A stretch of DNA of 46,801 bases, taken from NCBI GenBank assembly GCA_040754455.1, contig JBFMCP010000026.1, positions 1 to 46,801 of the forward strand, in the 5' to 3' direction. Made by a program: the position numbers and the translations under genes. The stretch's first letter is position 1. Every line of letters begins with the position of its first letter. The notes beneath the pieces are model-generated. The model had not been told where the DNA came from. It made no database searches and saw nothing but the letters and a program-made list of their open reading frames with translations. Positions 25,715-35,373 of the stretch are shown one piece after another. The stretch comes from Nitrospirota bacterium. Lineage in GTDB: Bacteria > Nitrospirota > Thermodesulfovibrionia > Thermodesulfovibrionales > Dissulfurispiraceae.

Positions 25715-28429
25715 TCACCGATTCACCGTCCTGCCCATTCTCCTCACGTAAAGTTTCCTTATTTCCTCTACCGCCAGCAAAAGAATACTGAAGGGGAAGA
25801 GCACCAGCCAGATCGACGGGTCCAGCGGCGTCGTCCCGAAAATGGCATTTCCCGGCGGCGTATAGATGATGAAGATCGAGATCGCGATCTCGAGGGCGAT
25901 ACCGAGCAGTATCAATCTGTTCGAGAAAAAACCGATACTGAACACCGACTCCCTGAACGAGCGGCAGGCAAAGACATTGCCGATCTGGGTAATAATGATC
26001 GCCCCCAGGCAAGCGGTCGTCGCTTTCAGGTAGAGCAGGTCATGAGCAGGCAGCATTTCGCCCCACTGCCATCCGCCTGCATTCAATACAAAGAAGAAGC
26101 CGTAGAGTCCCGCAAAGGCCTCGATCGGGCCGAGAAAGAGATAGGCGCGTCCGAGGACCGAAAAGTTCAGCAGTCGCTCCTCGCGCCGCCGAGGAGGCTG
26201 GCTCATCACCTCCTTCGACGGCTGTTCTGCGCCGAGGGCAAGGGCAGGAAACATATCGGTGCCCAGGTCAATGGCGAGGATCTGCATGATCGTGAGCGGG
26301 AGGGGAATGCTGAAAAGGACATAGGCGATATAAGGCACAATCTCCGGAATATTGGAAGCAAAGATATAGCTGATGAATTTTCTGATGTTCTCGAAAACAC
26401 CCCTGCCCTCCTCGATGGCATTCACAATCGTCGCGAAATTATCGTCGAGGAGGATGATATCAGCGGCCTCCCGCGCCACATCGGTTCCGGTCACCCCCAT
26501 GGCGATACCGATATCCGCCTTCTTGAGCGCCGGTGCATCGTTGACGCCGTCGCCGGTCACCGCAACGCGTTCTCCCTCATCCTTGAGCAGTGCGACGATC
26601 CTCATTTTATGTCCCGGGGTCATGCGCGAAAAGATAACCTCTCCGGAAAGGAGCCGCTCTCTCACGGCCCTGTCGGTCATGGCGTCCAATGCCGGCCCTT
26701 CGATTACGACCCCCCTCTCTTTGTGCGAGCGGCTCTCCTCGTCACTCACCAGACCTATCTGCCGTGCGATCGCAAGGGCGGTCCTGCTCGCATCTCCGGT
26801 AATCATGATCACCCTGACCCCGGCGCTGCGGCATTTCTGTATCGCCCCGGGCACTTCGGGTCGCGGCGGGTCTTCAAGCCCGATGAGCCCGGCAAAGATC
26901 ATATCCGTTTCGACCAGCATTTCAGAAGCCGCTGCTTCATCGGCGGGGATATTCTCCCTTTTGTAGGCAAAGGCGATCACCCTGAGTCCGGAATCCATCA
27001 TTGCGTGATAGGCGTGCAGGAGCGCTGCCCGCCCCTCATCATCCAATGCTCGCTCTCCCTCCTGATAGAGCATGCCGGAACAGCGCGGCAGCACCGTTTC
27101 GAGCGCCCCTTTGGTGAGGGCAAGCCGGTCCCCTTCAATCGCATGTATCGTGGTCATCCTCTTCCTCTCGGAATCGAACGGTATTTCGGCAATGCGCACG
27201 GCCCGCACGTCTCCGTACGACTCCCGCGCTGCCTTGAGCAGTGCCGTCTCGGTCGGGTCCCCCCTGTACTTCCCCTCTTCATAGACCGCATTGTTGCAAA
27301 GATAGGCAATCTTCATGAGCATCGCCACTTCACGGAGGGGCGGAGTTCCTCCGGAATCGCTCCTGCGGTATTCGATGGTACCTGTCCCCGGTCCCCAGAG
27401 CCTCGTCACCTCCATCTTATTCCGCGTAAGTGTGCCGGTCTTATCGGTGCAGATCACGGTAACCGATCCGAGCGTCTCCACAGAGGTGAGTGTTTTTATG
27501 AGGGCCTTTTTCTTTGCCATACGTTGACTTCCCATGGCCAGCGCGAGAGTGACCGTGGGGAGGAGCCCCTCAGGGACATTTGCGATGATAATGCCGACGG
27601 CAAAAAGAAAATTATGCCAGAAGCTCCTGCCGCTGAGCACTCCCACACTGAAGAATACGAATCCCGTGGTGACGGCAATGGTGGCGACGACCCTCGCCGC
27701 TTTTATGATCTCTTTCTGAAGGGGGCTCAATCCCGGTTCGACAGCGCTGGTGAGATGGGCGATCTTGCCAAACTCGGTCGACATGCCCGTCGAAAATACG
27801 ACTGCCCTGCCCGATCCGCTTGCGACAAGCGTGCCGGCAAAGACGATATTGGGGCTATCGAGATACTCCCCCGTAAACGGCTCATGTCCTCTCAGTCGTA
27901 ATGCGGACTCCCCGGTCAGGGGAGCATTATTCACCATTAAACGGTGCGCCTCGATCAGTCGTGCATCGGCAGGGACTTTGTCCCCCTCTCCCAGGAGGAT
28001 AACATCGCCGGGAACGATCTCTCTTGCAGGAAGCTCTTTCACCAAACCTTCTCTCAGCACCTTTACATTGAAAGGCAGGAGCTTTTCAAGGGCATGGATC
28101 GCCCTCTCCGCGCGGTATTCCTGGATGAAGGTGAAGATCGCATTGATCACGATCACCACAACAATCGCCAGGCCGAGAGAGAACATGCCCTCTCCGGGAT
28201 TCAGGTACTCCGACACAAAGCTGAGCGCAGCGGCAATCCAGAGGAGCACTGCCAGGAAGTGGGTGAACTGAGCAAGGAACCTCTGGTAGAGGGGCTTCCT
28301 CCTGACCTCTTTTATCTCATTGTATCCGTACTCGTGCAGACGACGCCGGGCACTCTCTTCCGAAAGTCCCTGGTCGGACGTGACGAGATAACTGGTGACC
28401 TCTTCGGGCGGCAGGGCATGTATCCTCAT
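25715..28429 (-). CDS. Cation-transporting P-type ATPase (type IIC, Na/K-ATPase-like motifs)
   Basis: TGES, ANVPEGLLPTVT, DKTGTLT, KGA, DPPR, TGDGVNDAPALKKADIG, SNIPEI, IDLGTDM. Confidence 0.95.
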   Translation of the reverse strand: MRIHALPPEEVTSYLVTSDQGLSEESARRRLHEYGYNEIKEVRRKPLYQRFLAQFTHFLAVLLWIAAALSFVSEYLNPGEGMFSLGLAIVVVIVINAIFTFIQEYRAERAIHALEKLLPFNVKVLREGLVKELPAREIVPGDVILLGEGDKVPADARLIEAHRLMVNNAPLTGESALRLRGHEPFTGEYLDSPNIVFAGTLVASGSGRAVVFSTGMSTEFGKIAHLTSAVEPGLSPLQKEIIKAARVVATIAVTTGFVFFSVGVLSGRSFWHNFLFAVGIIIANVPEGLLPTVTLALAMGSQRMAKKKALIKTLTSVETLGSVTVICTDKTGTLTRNKMEVTRLWGPGTGTIEYRRSDSGGTPPLREVAMLMKIAYLCNNAVYEEGKYRGDPTETALLKAARESYGDVRAVRIAEIPFDSERKRMTTIHAIEGDRLALTKGALETVLPRCSGMLYQEGERALDDEGRAALLHAYHAMMDSGLRVIAFAYKRENIPADEAAASEMLVETDMIFAGLIGLEDPPRPEVPGAIQKCRSAGVRVIMITGDASRTALAIARQIGLVSDEESRSHKERGVVIEGPALDAMTDRAVRERLLSGEVIFSRMTPGHKMRIVALLKDEGERVAVTGDGVNDAPALKKADIGIAMGVTGTDVAREAADIILLDDNFATIVNAIEEGRGVFENIRKFISYIFASNIPEIVPYIAYVLFSIPLPLTIMQILAIDLGTDMFPALALGAEQPSKEVMSQPPRRREERLLNFSVLGRAYLFLGPIEAFAGLYGFFFVLNAGGWQWGEMLPAHDLLYLKATTACLGAIIITQIGNVFACRSFRESVFSIGFFSNRLILLGIALEIAISIFIIYTPPGNAIFGTTPLDPSIWLVLFPFSILLLAVEEIRKLYVRRMGRTVNR

Positions 28430-28434
28430 AGCCC

Positions 28435-29292
28435 TCAGTGCTGCTCTCCCGCGCGATGCTCATGGTCGGGCCGTACTATGATGAGATTGCAGGGCGTCTC
28501 CCTGAGAACGGCCTCTACCGGGTTGCCGCTGATAAGGCTCCTGAGCAGGCTCCGCTCACTGGCGCCCATCACAATGAGATCGTTCCGCTTCAGCGCCGCC
28601 TCTATGGTGATCGAGCGTCCGATACTGCCGTGGCCCGTTCTCCGCTCATGGGCGATGCCGTACTGTTCTATTGCCTTCACAAACCGCTCGATGTCCTTGG
28701 GAAGGCGCCGCTCCCGTTCAACCGGCAGCAGCACCCGCTCTCCCTGGAAAAAGCTTGTGAGTGGTTTCAGCAGATGAAAGAGAGTCACCCGTGAACCGAG
28801 CCCCTCGGCGAGCTTTGCAATGAAATAGGCCCTTTCATCGATATGCGAGATATGGCCCTTGAGCGGAACCAGAATGTCCCGCGGGTGTATCCTTCCCATG
28901 TGCACCACTCTCACCATTGCGACTGAACAGGGCAGCTTTGTCATAAACTCGCGGGCATGGGTCCTCGCGAAGAACCGCCTTTTTACATCTTCTCTCCTCG
29001 TTGCGATAACCACGAGGTCGACCCCCCGCTCTTTCACTATTTCCTGTACCCTCATTACCGGACCACCCGTTTCGGTAATGCGCTCGACCTCGATTCCCTG
29101 TCGCTCTGCTTCGACAAAAAGCCGCTCTTGAGCCGCCTCCGCGTGTCTGAAAACAGCATGACGGAGAGTCTCCTCAGACACGAAGACGAGCAGCAGCTTT
29201 GCCCTGCATGCCTTCGCGAGCGCGAGCGCATAGTGGGCCGCCGTCTCGGAATTGGTAAATTCATTGACCGCAGCGAGGATTTTCTTATACAT
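28435..29292 (-). CDS. Tandem universal stress protein
   Basis: MYKKILAAV, DLIVMGAS...G.PVEAVLRETPCNLIIVR; two USP domains. Confidence 0.88.
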   Translation of the reverse strand: MYKKILAAVNEFTNSETAAHYALALAKACRAKLLLVFVSEETLRHAVFRHAEAAQERLFVEAERQGIEVERITETGGPVMRVQEIVKERGVDLVVIATRREDVKRRFFARTHAREFMTKLPCSVAMVRVVHMGRIHPRDILVPLKGHISHIDERAYFIAKLAEGLGSRVTLFHLLKPLTSFFQGERVLLPVERERRLPKDIERFVKAIEQYGIAHERRTGHGSIGRSITIEAALKRNDLIVMGASERSLLRSLISGNPVEAVLRETPCNLIIVRPDHEHRAGEQH

Positions 29293-29561
29293 CCTATTAA
29301 GAGGATATCAACAAAAAGTGGGCGAGGCAATCGGAGGAGCGATGCACTGCACCCGGTTGTCCCCTGATAAACAATGCAGCGCACGGCCGACCATTGTCCC
29401 TCCTGCAGAAAGAGTATGCCGGCAGAACGTCGCTACAAGCAGAGGGATTGCACCATGCTTGCGCGGCTGCTGCCGGCACCGCTATTCCTGCAGACAAGAA
29501 AATGCAGGGTATTGGACAAGCGAAAAGGTACGGCGCCTCAGGACACATGAACAGCAGCAGG

Positions 29562-29876
29562 CTATGGCTGAATAACGAGATTGGTCCTCACACTCTTGAC
29601 CCCTTCGGTGTTCCTCGCCAGGCTCACCAGTCTGTCCTGGGCCTCTTTGCTCGGAACCGTCCCTGAAAGTGTTACATTCCCCTGGAAGGTATCTACATCG
29701 ATCTTTAGATACTGCAGAGCGGGGTCCTGGACGATCTTTGCATTGATCTTAGCGGTTATCGCGGAATCATCCACGGTCTGCCCTGCCGTCCTCCCCGTTG
29801 CGGTCGAGCAGCCGGCGGCAAAAAATACTGCAAGCACCAGGAACACGCTGAGTTTCAACAACCAGGCTTCTCTCAT
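29562..29876 (-). CDS. BON-domain lipoprotein (OsmY-like)
   Basis: Lipobox AAGC, DDSAITAKI, IDVDTFQGNVTLSGTV, GVKSV; RBS AAGGAGG. Confidence 0.9.
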   Translation of the reverse strand: MREAWLLKLSVFLVLAVFFAAGCSTATGRTAGQTVDDSAITAKINAKIVQDPALQYLKIDVDTFQGNVTLSGTVPSKEAQDRLVSLARNTEGVKSVRTNLVIQP

Positions 29877-29930
29877 TCGTACGCCTCCTTTGTAATAAGA
29901 GGGAGACACGACGGCACGATGCGATGCGGA

Positions 29931-30284
29931 TTACTGCTGCTGTTGCTGTTGTTGCTGCTGCGGCCACTTCGGCGGCTCGATAACAAGATTCTGCTTGACA
30001 CTCTTGACACCTTCGGTGGCTTTCGCCAGGGCCACAAGCCTATCCCTCGCCTCCGCGCTGGGGACCTGTCCTGAAAGTGTTACATTGCCCTCAAAGGTAT
30101 CCACATCGATCTTCAGGTACGCCAGTTCGGGGTCCTGGACGATCTTGGCGTTGATTTTCGAAGTTATGGCAGTATCACTGGCGATCTGCCCTGCCGTCTT
30201 TCCGGTAAACGTGGCACAGCCCGCAGCAAAGAAAACGGCAACTACCAATACTACACAGGACTTCAACAAAAGCGACTTTCTCAT
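29931..30284 (-). CDS. BON-domain lipoprotein paralog with C-terminal poly-Gln
   Basis: Lipobox AAGC, DTAITSKI, IDVDTFEGNVTLSGQV; Q9 tail. Confidence 0.9.
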   Translation of the reverse strand: MRKSLLLKSCVVLVVAVFFAAGCATFTGKTAGQIASDTAITSKINAKIVQDPELAYLKIDVDTFEGNVTLSGQVPSAEARDRLVALAKATEGVKSVKQNLVIEPPKWPQQQQQQQQQ

Positions 30285-30325
30285 GTGCTGCCTCCTTTCA
30301 AAATAGTTTTATCTGCTTATGAAGG

Positions 30326-30341
30326 AGCAAGAGGTATGCCA
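30326..30341 (-). promoter_or_regulatory. sigma54 -24/-12 promoter of the BON operon
   Basis: TGGCAT-ACCTC-TTGCT on the minus strand. Confidence 0.8.
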
Positions 30342-30506
30342 GTAGGCGATACATCTCTCATGTGAGTGCCCTTTTGGGGAGGAGCCGGAGGAAGGCAATG
30401 ATAAATTTGTTTTCATATCAACGGCAATGATCCTCAGTGCGCCCTCGCGTGACCATATGATGACCATCGTATGCTCATACACATCGTGGAGCACAGGAAC
30501 GTTCTC

Positions 30507-30544
30507 CGTCGGGATGCTTAACAGAAGTGTAGTCGTTCATTACA
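30507..30544. promoter_or_regulatory. Tandem enhancer pair (YGT-N11-ACA x2)
   Basis: CGTCGGGATGCTTAACA and TGTAGTCGTTCATTACA, 21-bp period, ~170 bp upstream of the sigma54 site. Confidence 0.5.
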
Positions 30545-30579
30545 AAAAAGCGGCTGGCGTTTGCCGGACTGCCGCTTTT
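30544..30579 (-). terminator. Intrinsic terminator (possibly bidirectional)
   Basis: AAAAAAGCGGC...GCCGCTTTT. Confidence 0.65.
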
Positions 30580-30628
30580 ATCCGGACCGGCCTGAGCGTG
30601 CTAGCAGGGAGGCGGTACCCGGGACATC

Positions 30629-31093
30629 CTAATCATAATCCTCATAGCGGTTCTTCTCTTTCTTGTGCCGCGAGTCCTCTTTCTCGATCTTTTTGTGATG
30701 CTTCTTCACGACCTTTTCGTAGGGAACGGGCTTGCTTATATAGTACGACTCGTAGTAATCCTCGGGAAGGCTGACGAATACTCGGGGGACTCGCGCCGGC
30801 GGGAGGTATACCCAGGAGCCGCTGTAATGGCGTGACCAGAACCATTCTCCCCGGTGGCGGCGGTACCAATGTCCGTCATAATAGAAAAGTTCGGTTCCGG
30901 CGCCCGGTACAAAGTAGACATAGGTTCCGCGGATCAGAACGACGTCGGGCGGGGAGGAAAGCACCACCGGTGGCGGCGGAGTTCCGATAGCGACATTAAC
31001 AGACACCTCTGCAGCGCTCCTCTCCGGCAGCATGAACCCTGCTGCAGCCAGAAGCACCAGTCCCCAAAGAAAACAGCGCACGTTGTTATACAT
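30629..31093 (-). CDS. Secreted Pro/Trp/Tyr-rich hypothetical protein with charged C-terminus
   Basis: Signal peptide, VSVNVAIGTPPPP, FYYDGHWYR..GEWFWS..YSGSW; RBS AAGGAG. Confidence 0.8.
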   Translation of the reverse strand: MYNNVRCFLWGLVLLAAAGFMLPERSAAEVSVNVAIGTPPPPVVLSSPPDVVLIRGTYVYFVPGAGTELFYYDGHWYRRHRGEWFWSRHYSGSWVYLPPARVPRVFVSLPEDYYESYYISKPVPYEKVVKKHHKKIEKEDSRHKKEKNRYEDYD

Positions 31094-31231
31094 ACCATTT
31101 CTCCTTTAATAAACTCCCCGCAGCAGAAACGGCGGGCATCAACTCCCCCAGTGAGGGATGAGAACGAAGGGAGGGTGGAAACGGAACAATGCTCACCCCG
31201 CCTTTTTCGTGAACTACGTATGCAAGCGATG

Positions 31232-31247
31232 AGCAAAGGGCATGCCA
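31232..31247 (-). promoter_or_regulatory. sigma54 -24/-12 promoter
   Basis: TGGCAT-GCCCT-TTGCT on the minus strand. Confidence 0.8.
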
Positions 31248-31402
31248 CGCAGAAGATCTATTTGCAAGCCTTTGACTTTTCTTACTACTTTTCACTGGGC
31301 AGTACTTCTGAACAAAGGAGCCCTGAATGGAAAAACCTACATACCTTTTAAAGAAATTCAGACAATAGAGGCACTTGCGGGCTTTGCGGGGCACCTTCCG
31401 AC

Positions 31403-31443
31403 TGTATGTTTTACCCTACAGGCATTGTAGAAAAGGAGTGACA
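31403..31443. promoter_or_regulatory. Tandem enhancer pair (TGT-N12-ACA x2, GlrR-type spacing)
   Basis: TGTATGTTTTACCCTACA and TGTAGAAAAGGAGTGACA. Confidence 0.55.
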
Positions 31444-31609
31444 CTCCTTCCGGCCGGTGATCTCAGGCCGTGTCGGCTACCCGGTGCGCCGGCATCCCAC
31501 CGGCGCGGGGGAAGCATTTATCGGGCTGGAGCTCACTGCATCCTGATTTGCATTTCGATAGTATCACGTGTTATACGTAGAGAGCTAAAAACAGACAACG
31601 GCACCCTGC

Positions 31610-33343
31610 ATGAAAAAAGGCATATTCACACGAATCTTTCTCATTTACGGCATCATCATAGTTCTGTCCGCACTGTTCATCGAAATCTATATTGCCTCGG
31701 TCATCAGGAACAGCCATATCAGCGACCTTAAGAAGAGTCTTGCCGCCCAGATAAACCTCGTCGCCCACTCCATGCCGTTCGGGAAAGGAAATCTTGACGG
31801 CTTTTGCAGGCAGATGAGAGAAAAGACCGGAGCGAGGGTCACCATTATTGCCGCCGACGGGAGCGTTATGGGAGATTCCGACAAAGACTCTTCTCTTATG
31901 GGAAATCACTCCACGAGGCCGGAAATCGAGCATGCCCTCCGTTCCGGCATAGGGAGTTCGATCAGACACAGTGAAACCCTCAACTATGATTTCCTCTATA
32001 TCGCAAAAAAGGTCACCGGAGGAAAAAGCCCCGAGAGAATCATCAGGATGGCGATCCCGTTAAAGGAGATCGATAAAGCGATCGTACTGCTCAGGATAAA
32101 GATCATCATCGTCATCACGGCGGTCTTGCTGCTGTCGGGCATTGTGTTCATGTGGCACACCGATTATTTGAGGAGGCTGCTGAAACAGGTTACCTGGTTC
32201 TCCCAATCATTGGCACGCGGCGGGATCGAAAAACGACTCTTCATGGATGATGCTGAGTTCAATGAGATTGCCCGAAACTTAAATGCAATGGCCGAGAACC
32301 TTCAAGAAGTGATAACAAAAAACATTGAGGAGAAGGAGCGTCTCAGTGTAATCCTCAAAAGCATTCCCGATGTCCTTATTATCGTTGATTCACGCGGCGT
32401 TATCCAGATGACCAATCCGGCATCCGCTGAGCTTTTCAGAGATGAAACGATACTCGGAAAGCAGCTTATTGAGGTCGTAAGAAACCAGGAGCTGTCGAAT
32501 CTGGTCCACAAGGTACTCAGCAGTCGCGCACCGGGGATGGTCGAGTGCCGGTTCGATTACCCGCAGGAGCGGTATATGGTGATAAGGGTGTCCCCATTGC
32601 TTTACAGGGCTGATGAGCCCTCGGGCTTCGTAGCGATCTTCCATGATATCACCAAACTCAGAAAGCTCGAGCAGATGCGGAAGGACTTTGTCGCCAATGT
32701 CTCCCATGAGATTAAGACCCCCATAACGGCAATCGCGGGCTTTGCGGAAACACTGCTGGACGGTGCGCTCGCAGACAAGGAGCACGCGATCAAATTCCTC
32801 AGCGCGATCAAGTCCAACAGCATGAGGATAAACAGCCTCGTCAATGACCTAATGACCCTTTCCAAAATAGAGCTGGGGGCAATCAAGATTGAAAAGGCTC
32901 TGCTCTCCGTCGAGGATGTTATTGAGGACGTCCTTGCTGTCCTGGGCAATAAGGCGGCGGAAAAGAATCTTTCCATAGCGACTTCGGTTGTGGATGAGCT
33001 CAGGGAATTATACGCTGACAAGAACAGGCTGACCCAAATTCTGGTCAATCTCACCGATAATGCAATAAAGTTTACCGAAAAGGGCAGTGTAACCATCGGC
33101 ACTGCCAGGAGCAACGGCAAAGCCGTTCTGTTCGTCGAGGACACCGGCATCGGTATCCCGGAGGACCATCTCTCCCGGCTCGGCGAAAGATTCTACAGGG
33201 TAGATACCGCCCGCTCCAGGAAAATGGGGGGTACGGGACTCGGGCTCGCAATCGTCAAACACCTTGTCAGCGCCCACGGTTGGAATATGCGCATTGAGAG
33301 CACCCCTGGCAAGGGAACCAAAGTCGAGCTGGTTATAGCTTAA
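31610..33343 (+). CDS. PhoR-like sensor histidine kinase (periplasmic sensor, HAMP-like, PAS, HisKA, HATPase)
   Basis: DFVANVSHEIKTPIT, NLTDNAIKF, DTGIGIP, ERFYRVD.ARSRKMGGTGLGLAIVKH. Confidence 0.9.
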   Translation: MKKGIFTRIFLIYGIIIVLSALFIEIYIASVIRNSHISDLKKSLAAQINLVAHSMPFGKGNLDGFCRQMREKTGARVTIIAADGSVMGDSDKDSSLMGNHSTRPEIEHALRSGIGSSIRHSETLNYDFLYIAKKVTGGKSPERIIRMAIPLKEIDKAIVLLRIKIIIVITAVLLLSGIVFMWHTDYLRRLLKQVTWFSQSLARGGIEKRLFMDDAEFNEIARNLNAMAENLQEVITKNIEEKERLSVILKSIPDVLIIVDSRGVIQMTNPASAELFRDETILGKQLIEVVRNQELSNLVHKVLSSRAPGMVECRFDYPQERYMVIRVSPLLYRADEPSGFVAIFHDITKLRKLEQMRKDFVANVSHEIKTPITAIAGFAETLLDGALADKEHAIKFLSAIKSNSMRINSLVNDLMTLSKIELGAIKIEKALLSVEDVIEDVLAVLGNKAAEKNLSIATSVVDELRELYADKNRLTQILVNLTDNAIKFTEKGSVTIGTARSNGKAVLFVEDTGIGIPEDHLSRLGERFYRVDTARSRKMGGTGLGLAIVKHLVSAHGWNMRIESTPGKGTKVELVIA

Positions 33344-33349
33344 TACTTG

Positions 33350-33377
33350 CCTGCTCGGAAACAATTTCGAGCAGGAG
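33350..33377. terminator. Hairpin between convergent genes
   Basis: CCTGCTCGGAA-acaa-TTTCGAGCAGG. Confidence 0.5.
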
Positions 33378-33481
33378 CAGGCACTCTGTTTCCTGCCGCT
33401 ATCGAAGCGAATATTTCATCTCACAAAAGAGTCGCGTCCATTGCGCGATATCCCTGCGACGTTTCACGACCCTGAATATCT

Positions 33482-34855
33482 TCATTTGTTGATGGTGGTC
33501 TTCTTGAAGACCTCGGGATTGAGGTTGTACTTCTTGAGGAGATTATAGAAATCGGCCCGGTATTTCCCTGCCATCTGGGCCGCCCTGCTCACATTGCCCC
33601 TGCTGAATTCGAGGATGCGGATGAGATATCCCTTCTCGAAAGACTCGCGCGCCTCTTTGAGCGGCAGCAATTCCTCATTCTGGACCTCTTTTTTATGGAG
33701 GATCAGGTCGTCGGTGATCATATCCTGATGGGCCATTGCAGCAGCATATTCGATGGTGTTCCTCAGTTCGCGGACATTGCCCGGCCAATCATAGAGCATG
33801 AGCTTCTGCGTCGCCTCGGGGGTGAAGCCTTTCAGCTTTTTTCCCATCTCCTTGCTGAAATTGTTCAGATAATACTCGGCAAGAAGGGGGATATCCTCCC
33901 TCCTGTCCCTGAGCGGCGGCAGGTGGATGGGGATTACATGGATCCTGTAGAAAAGGTCCTCCCTGAACCGTCCTTCCCGAACTTCCACTTCGAGATTTTT
34001 ATTTGTTGCTACGATCACCCTGATATCGACCTCGATGGGCTTTTCGCTCCCCACGGGATAGAACTGTCGCTCCTGGAGTACCCTGAGCAGCTTGGCCTGT
34101 ATCGAGAGCGGCATATCGCCGATCTCGTCCAGAAGGATCGTACCCTCGTGCGCCCTTGCAAAGAGCCCCTTCGAGCTCTTGATCGCACCGGTAAAGGCGC
34201 CGCGCTCATGCCCGAAGAGCTCGCTCTCGAGGAGGTTCTCGGGAATCGCCGCGCAGTTGATCGCCACAAAAGGTTTTTCCTTCCTCGGGCTCGCCAGGTG
34301 GATCGCCTTGGCGATCAGCTCCTTTCCAGTGCCGCTCTCTCCATGCACATAGACGGTGCAGTCCGTCGCTGCAATGCGTGATACCTGCTCGAGCACCCTC
34401 CGCATACTGTCGCTCCTGGCAATGATGTTCGAAAAGTCGAAGCGCTCCTCCAGCAGTCCCTTCAGCCGCTTGATCTCGGCATTCAGCTTGCGGCTCTCGA
34501 GCGCCCGTTCGATCTGGAGCAGCAGCTCCTGGGGATCGAAGGGTTTCGTGACATAGTTGAATGCTCCCCGTTTCACCGCATCGACAGCGCTCTCGATGCT
34601 GCCGTGCGCGGTAAAAATAATGACCGGCATATCGGGATTGATCGCATGGAACTCTTCCATCAACGCAATCCCGTCCTGTCTGCCCAGTTGCAGATCGACG
34701 AGAGCAAGGTCAAAGGTCTGGCGCCGCATCGCGTCGAGCCCCTCCTCTTCACGGGGGGCGGTCGTGACCTCATACTGTGCCGATTCGAGCCGTATTTTCA
34801 CCAGCTCCAGAAGATTTTTGTCATCATCCACAACCAGGATGCTTGGCAACCCCAT
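33482..34855 (-). CDS. glrR: sigma54-dependent response regulator, GlrR/QseF-like
   Basis: REC domain (VVDDD, TAHGSI, TKP), GESGTGKE, GAFTGA, C-terminal GNVSRAAQMAGKYRADFYNLLKKY. Confidence 0.8.
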   Translation of the reverse strand: MGLPSILVVDDDKNLLELVKIRLESAQYEVTTAPREEEGLDAMRRQTFDLALVDLQLGRQDGIALMEEFHAINPDMPVIIFTAHGSIESAVDAVKRGAFNYVTKPFDPQELLLQIERALESRKLNAEIKRLKGLLEERFDFSNIIARSDSMRRVLEQVSRIAATDCTVYVHGESGTGKELIAKAIHLASPRKEKPFVAINCAAIPENLLESELFGHERGAFTGAIKSSKGLFARAHEGTILLDEIGDMPLSIQAKLLRVLQERQFYPVGSEKPIEVDIRVIVATNKNLEVEVREGRFREDLFYRIHVIPIHLPPLRDRREDIPLLAEYYLNNFSKEMGKKLKGFTPEATQKLMLYDWPGNVRELRNTIEYAAAMAHQDMITDDLILHKKEVQNEELLPLKEARESFEKGYLIRILEFSRGNVSRAAQMAGKYRADFYNLLKKYNLNPEVFKKTTINK

Positions 34856-34866
34856 TTCGTACCCCC

Positions 34867-35373
34867 TTATTTGGCAAGTCCTTTCTTCATCTCTTCGATC
34901 TCGATATCGACCTGTTTCGACTGTTCGATCACCCCGAGCACCCCTACCCAGACCCTCGCCTGTTCGGCGAGAGGGCTCTGCGGATACTCCCTGAGGAGCT
35001 TATTGAAGAGATCAAGGGACTGTTTGAAATCTTTTCGCGGATTCTTGTAATGGGCATAGACAAGTCCCATGGTAAACAGCGCCTCGTCGCCCGGGGCATT
35101 CCTGCCCGCCAGCGCCAGTGCCTTCTGGCTCTCTTTCAGGGAGCCCTCGTAATTGCCTTCGCTCATAAGCCTCTTTGCCTGCTGGAGATGGCCGGAGCCC
35201 GGCTTCGCACGAACCTCCTTCTTCTCCTCCTTCAGCCGTTCTTTCTTATACTCGTCCCCGTTCTCCACGCGCACGACATCGCCCAGCAGTGCGCAGCCCG
35301 ACAGGGCGAGCGCTACGAGACCGGCAGCACAAAAATGAAAGAGCTTCCCTGTCCCGGCGTGCTCTCTGCCCAT
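34867..35373 (-). CDS. TPR-like lipoprotein in the QseG/YfhG position
   Basis: Lipobox LSGC, TPR-like helices, located between kinase and regulator. Confidence 0.75.
   Translation of the reverse strand: MGREHAGTGKLFHFCAAGLVALALSGCALLGDVVRVENGDEYKKERLKEEKKEVRAKPGSGHLQQAKRLMSEGNYEGSLKESQKALALAGRNAPGDEALFTMGLVYAHYKNPRKDFKQSLDLFNKLLREYPQSPLAEQARVWVGVLGVIEQSKQVDIEIEEMKKGLAK

Noticed and set aside
25589..27901. 770-aa ORF antisense to the P-type ATPase
   Set aside because: Shadow frame; Arg/Gly/Pro-rich with no domain signature.
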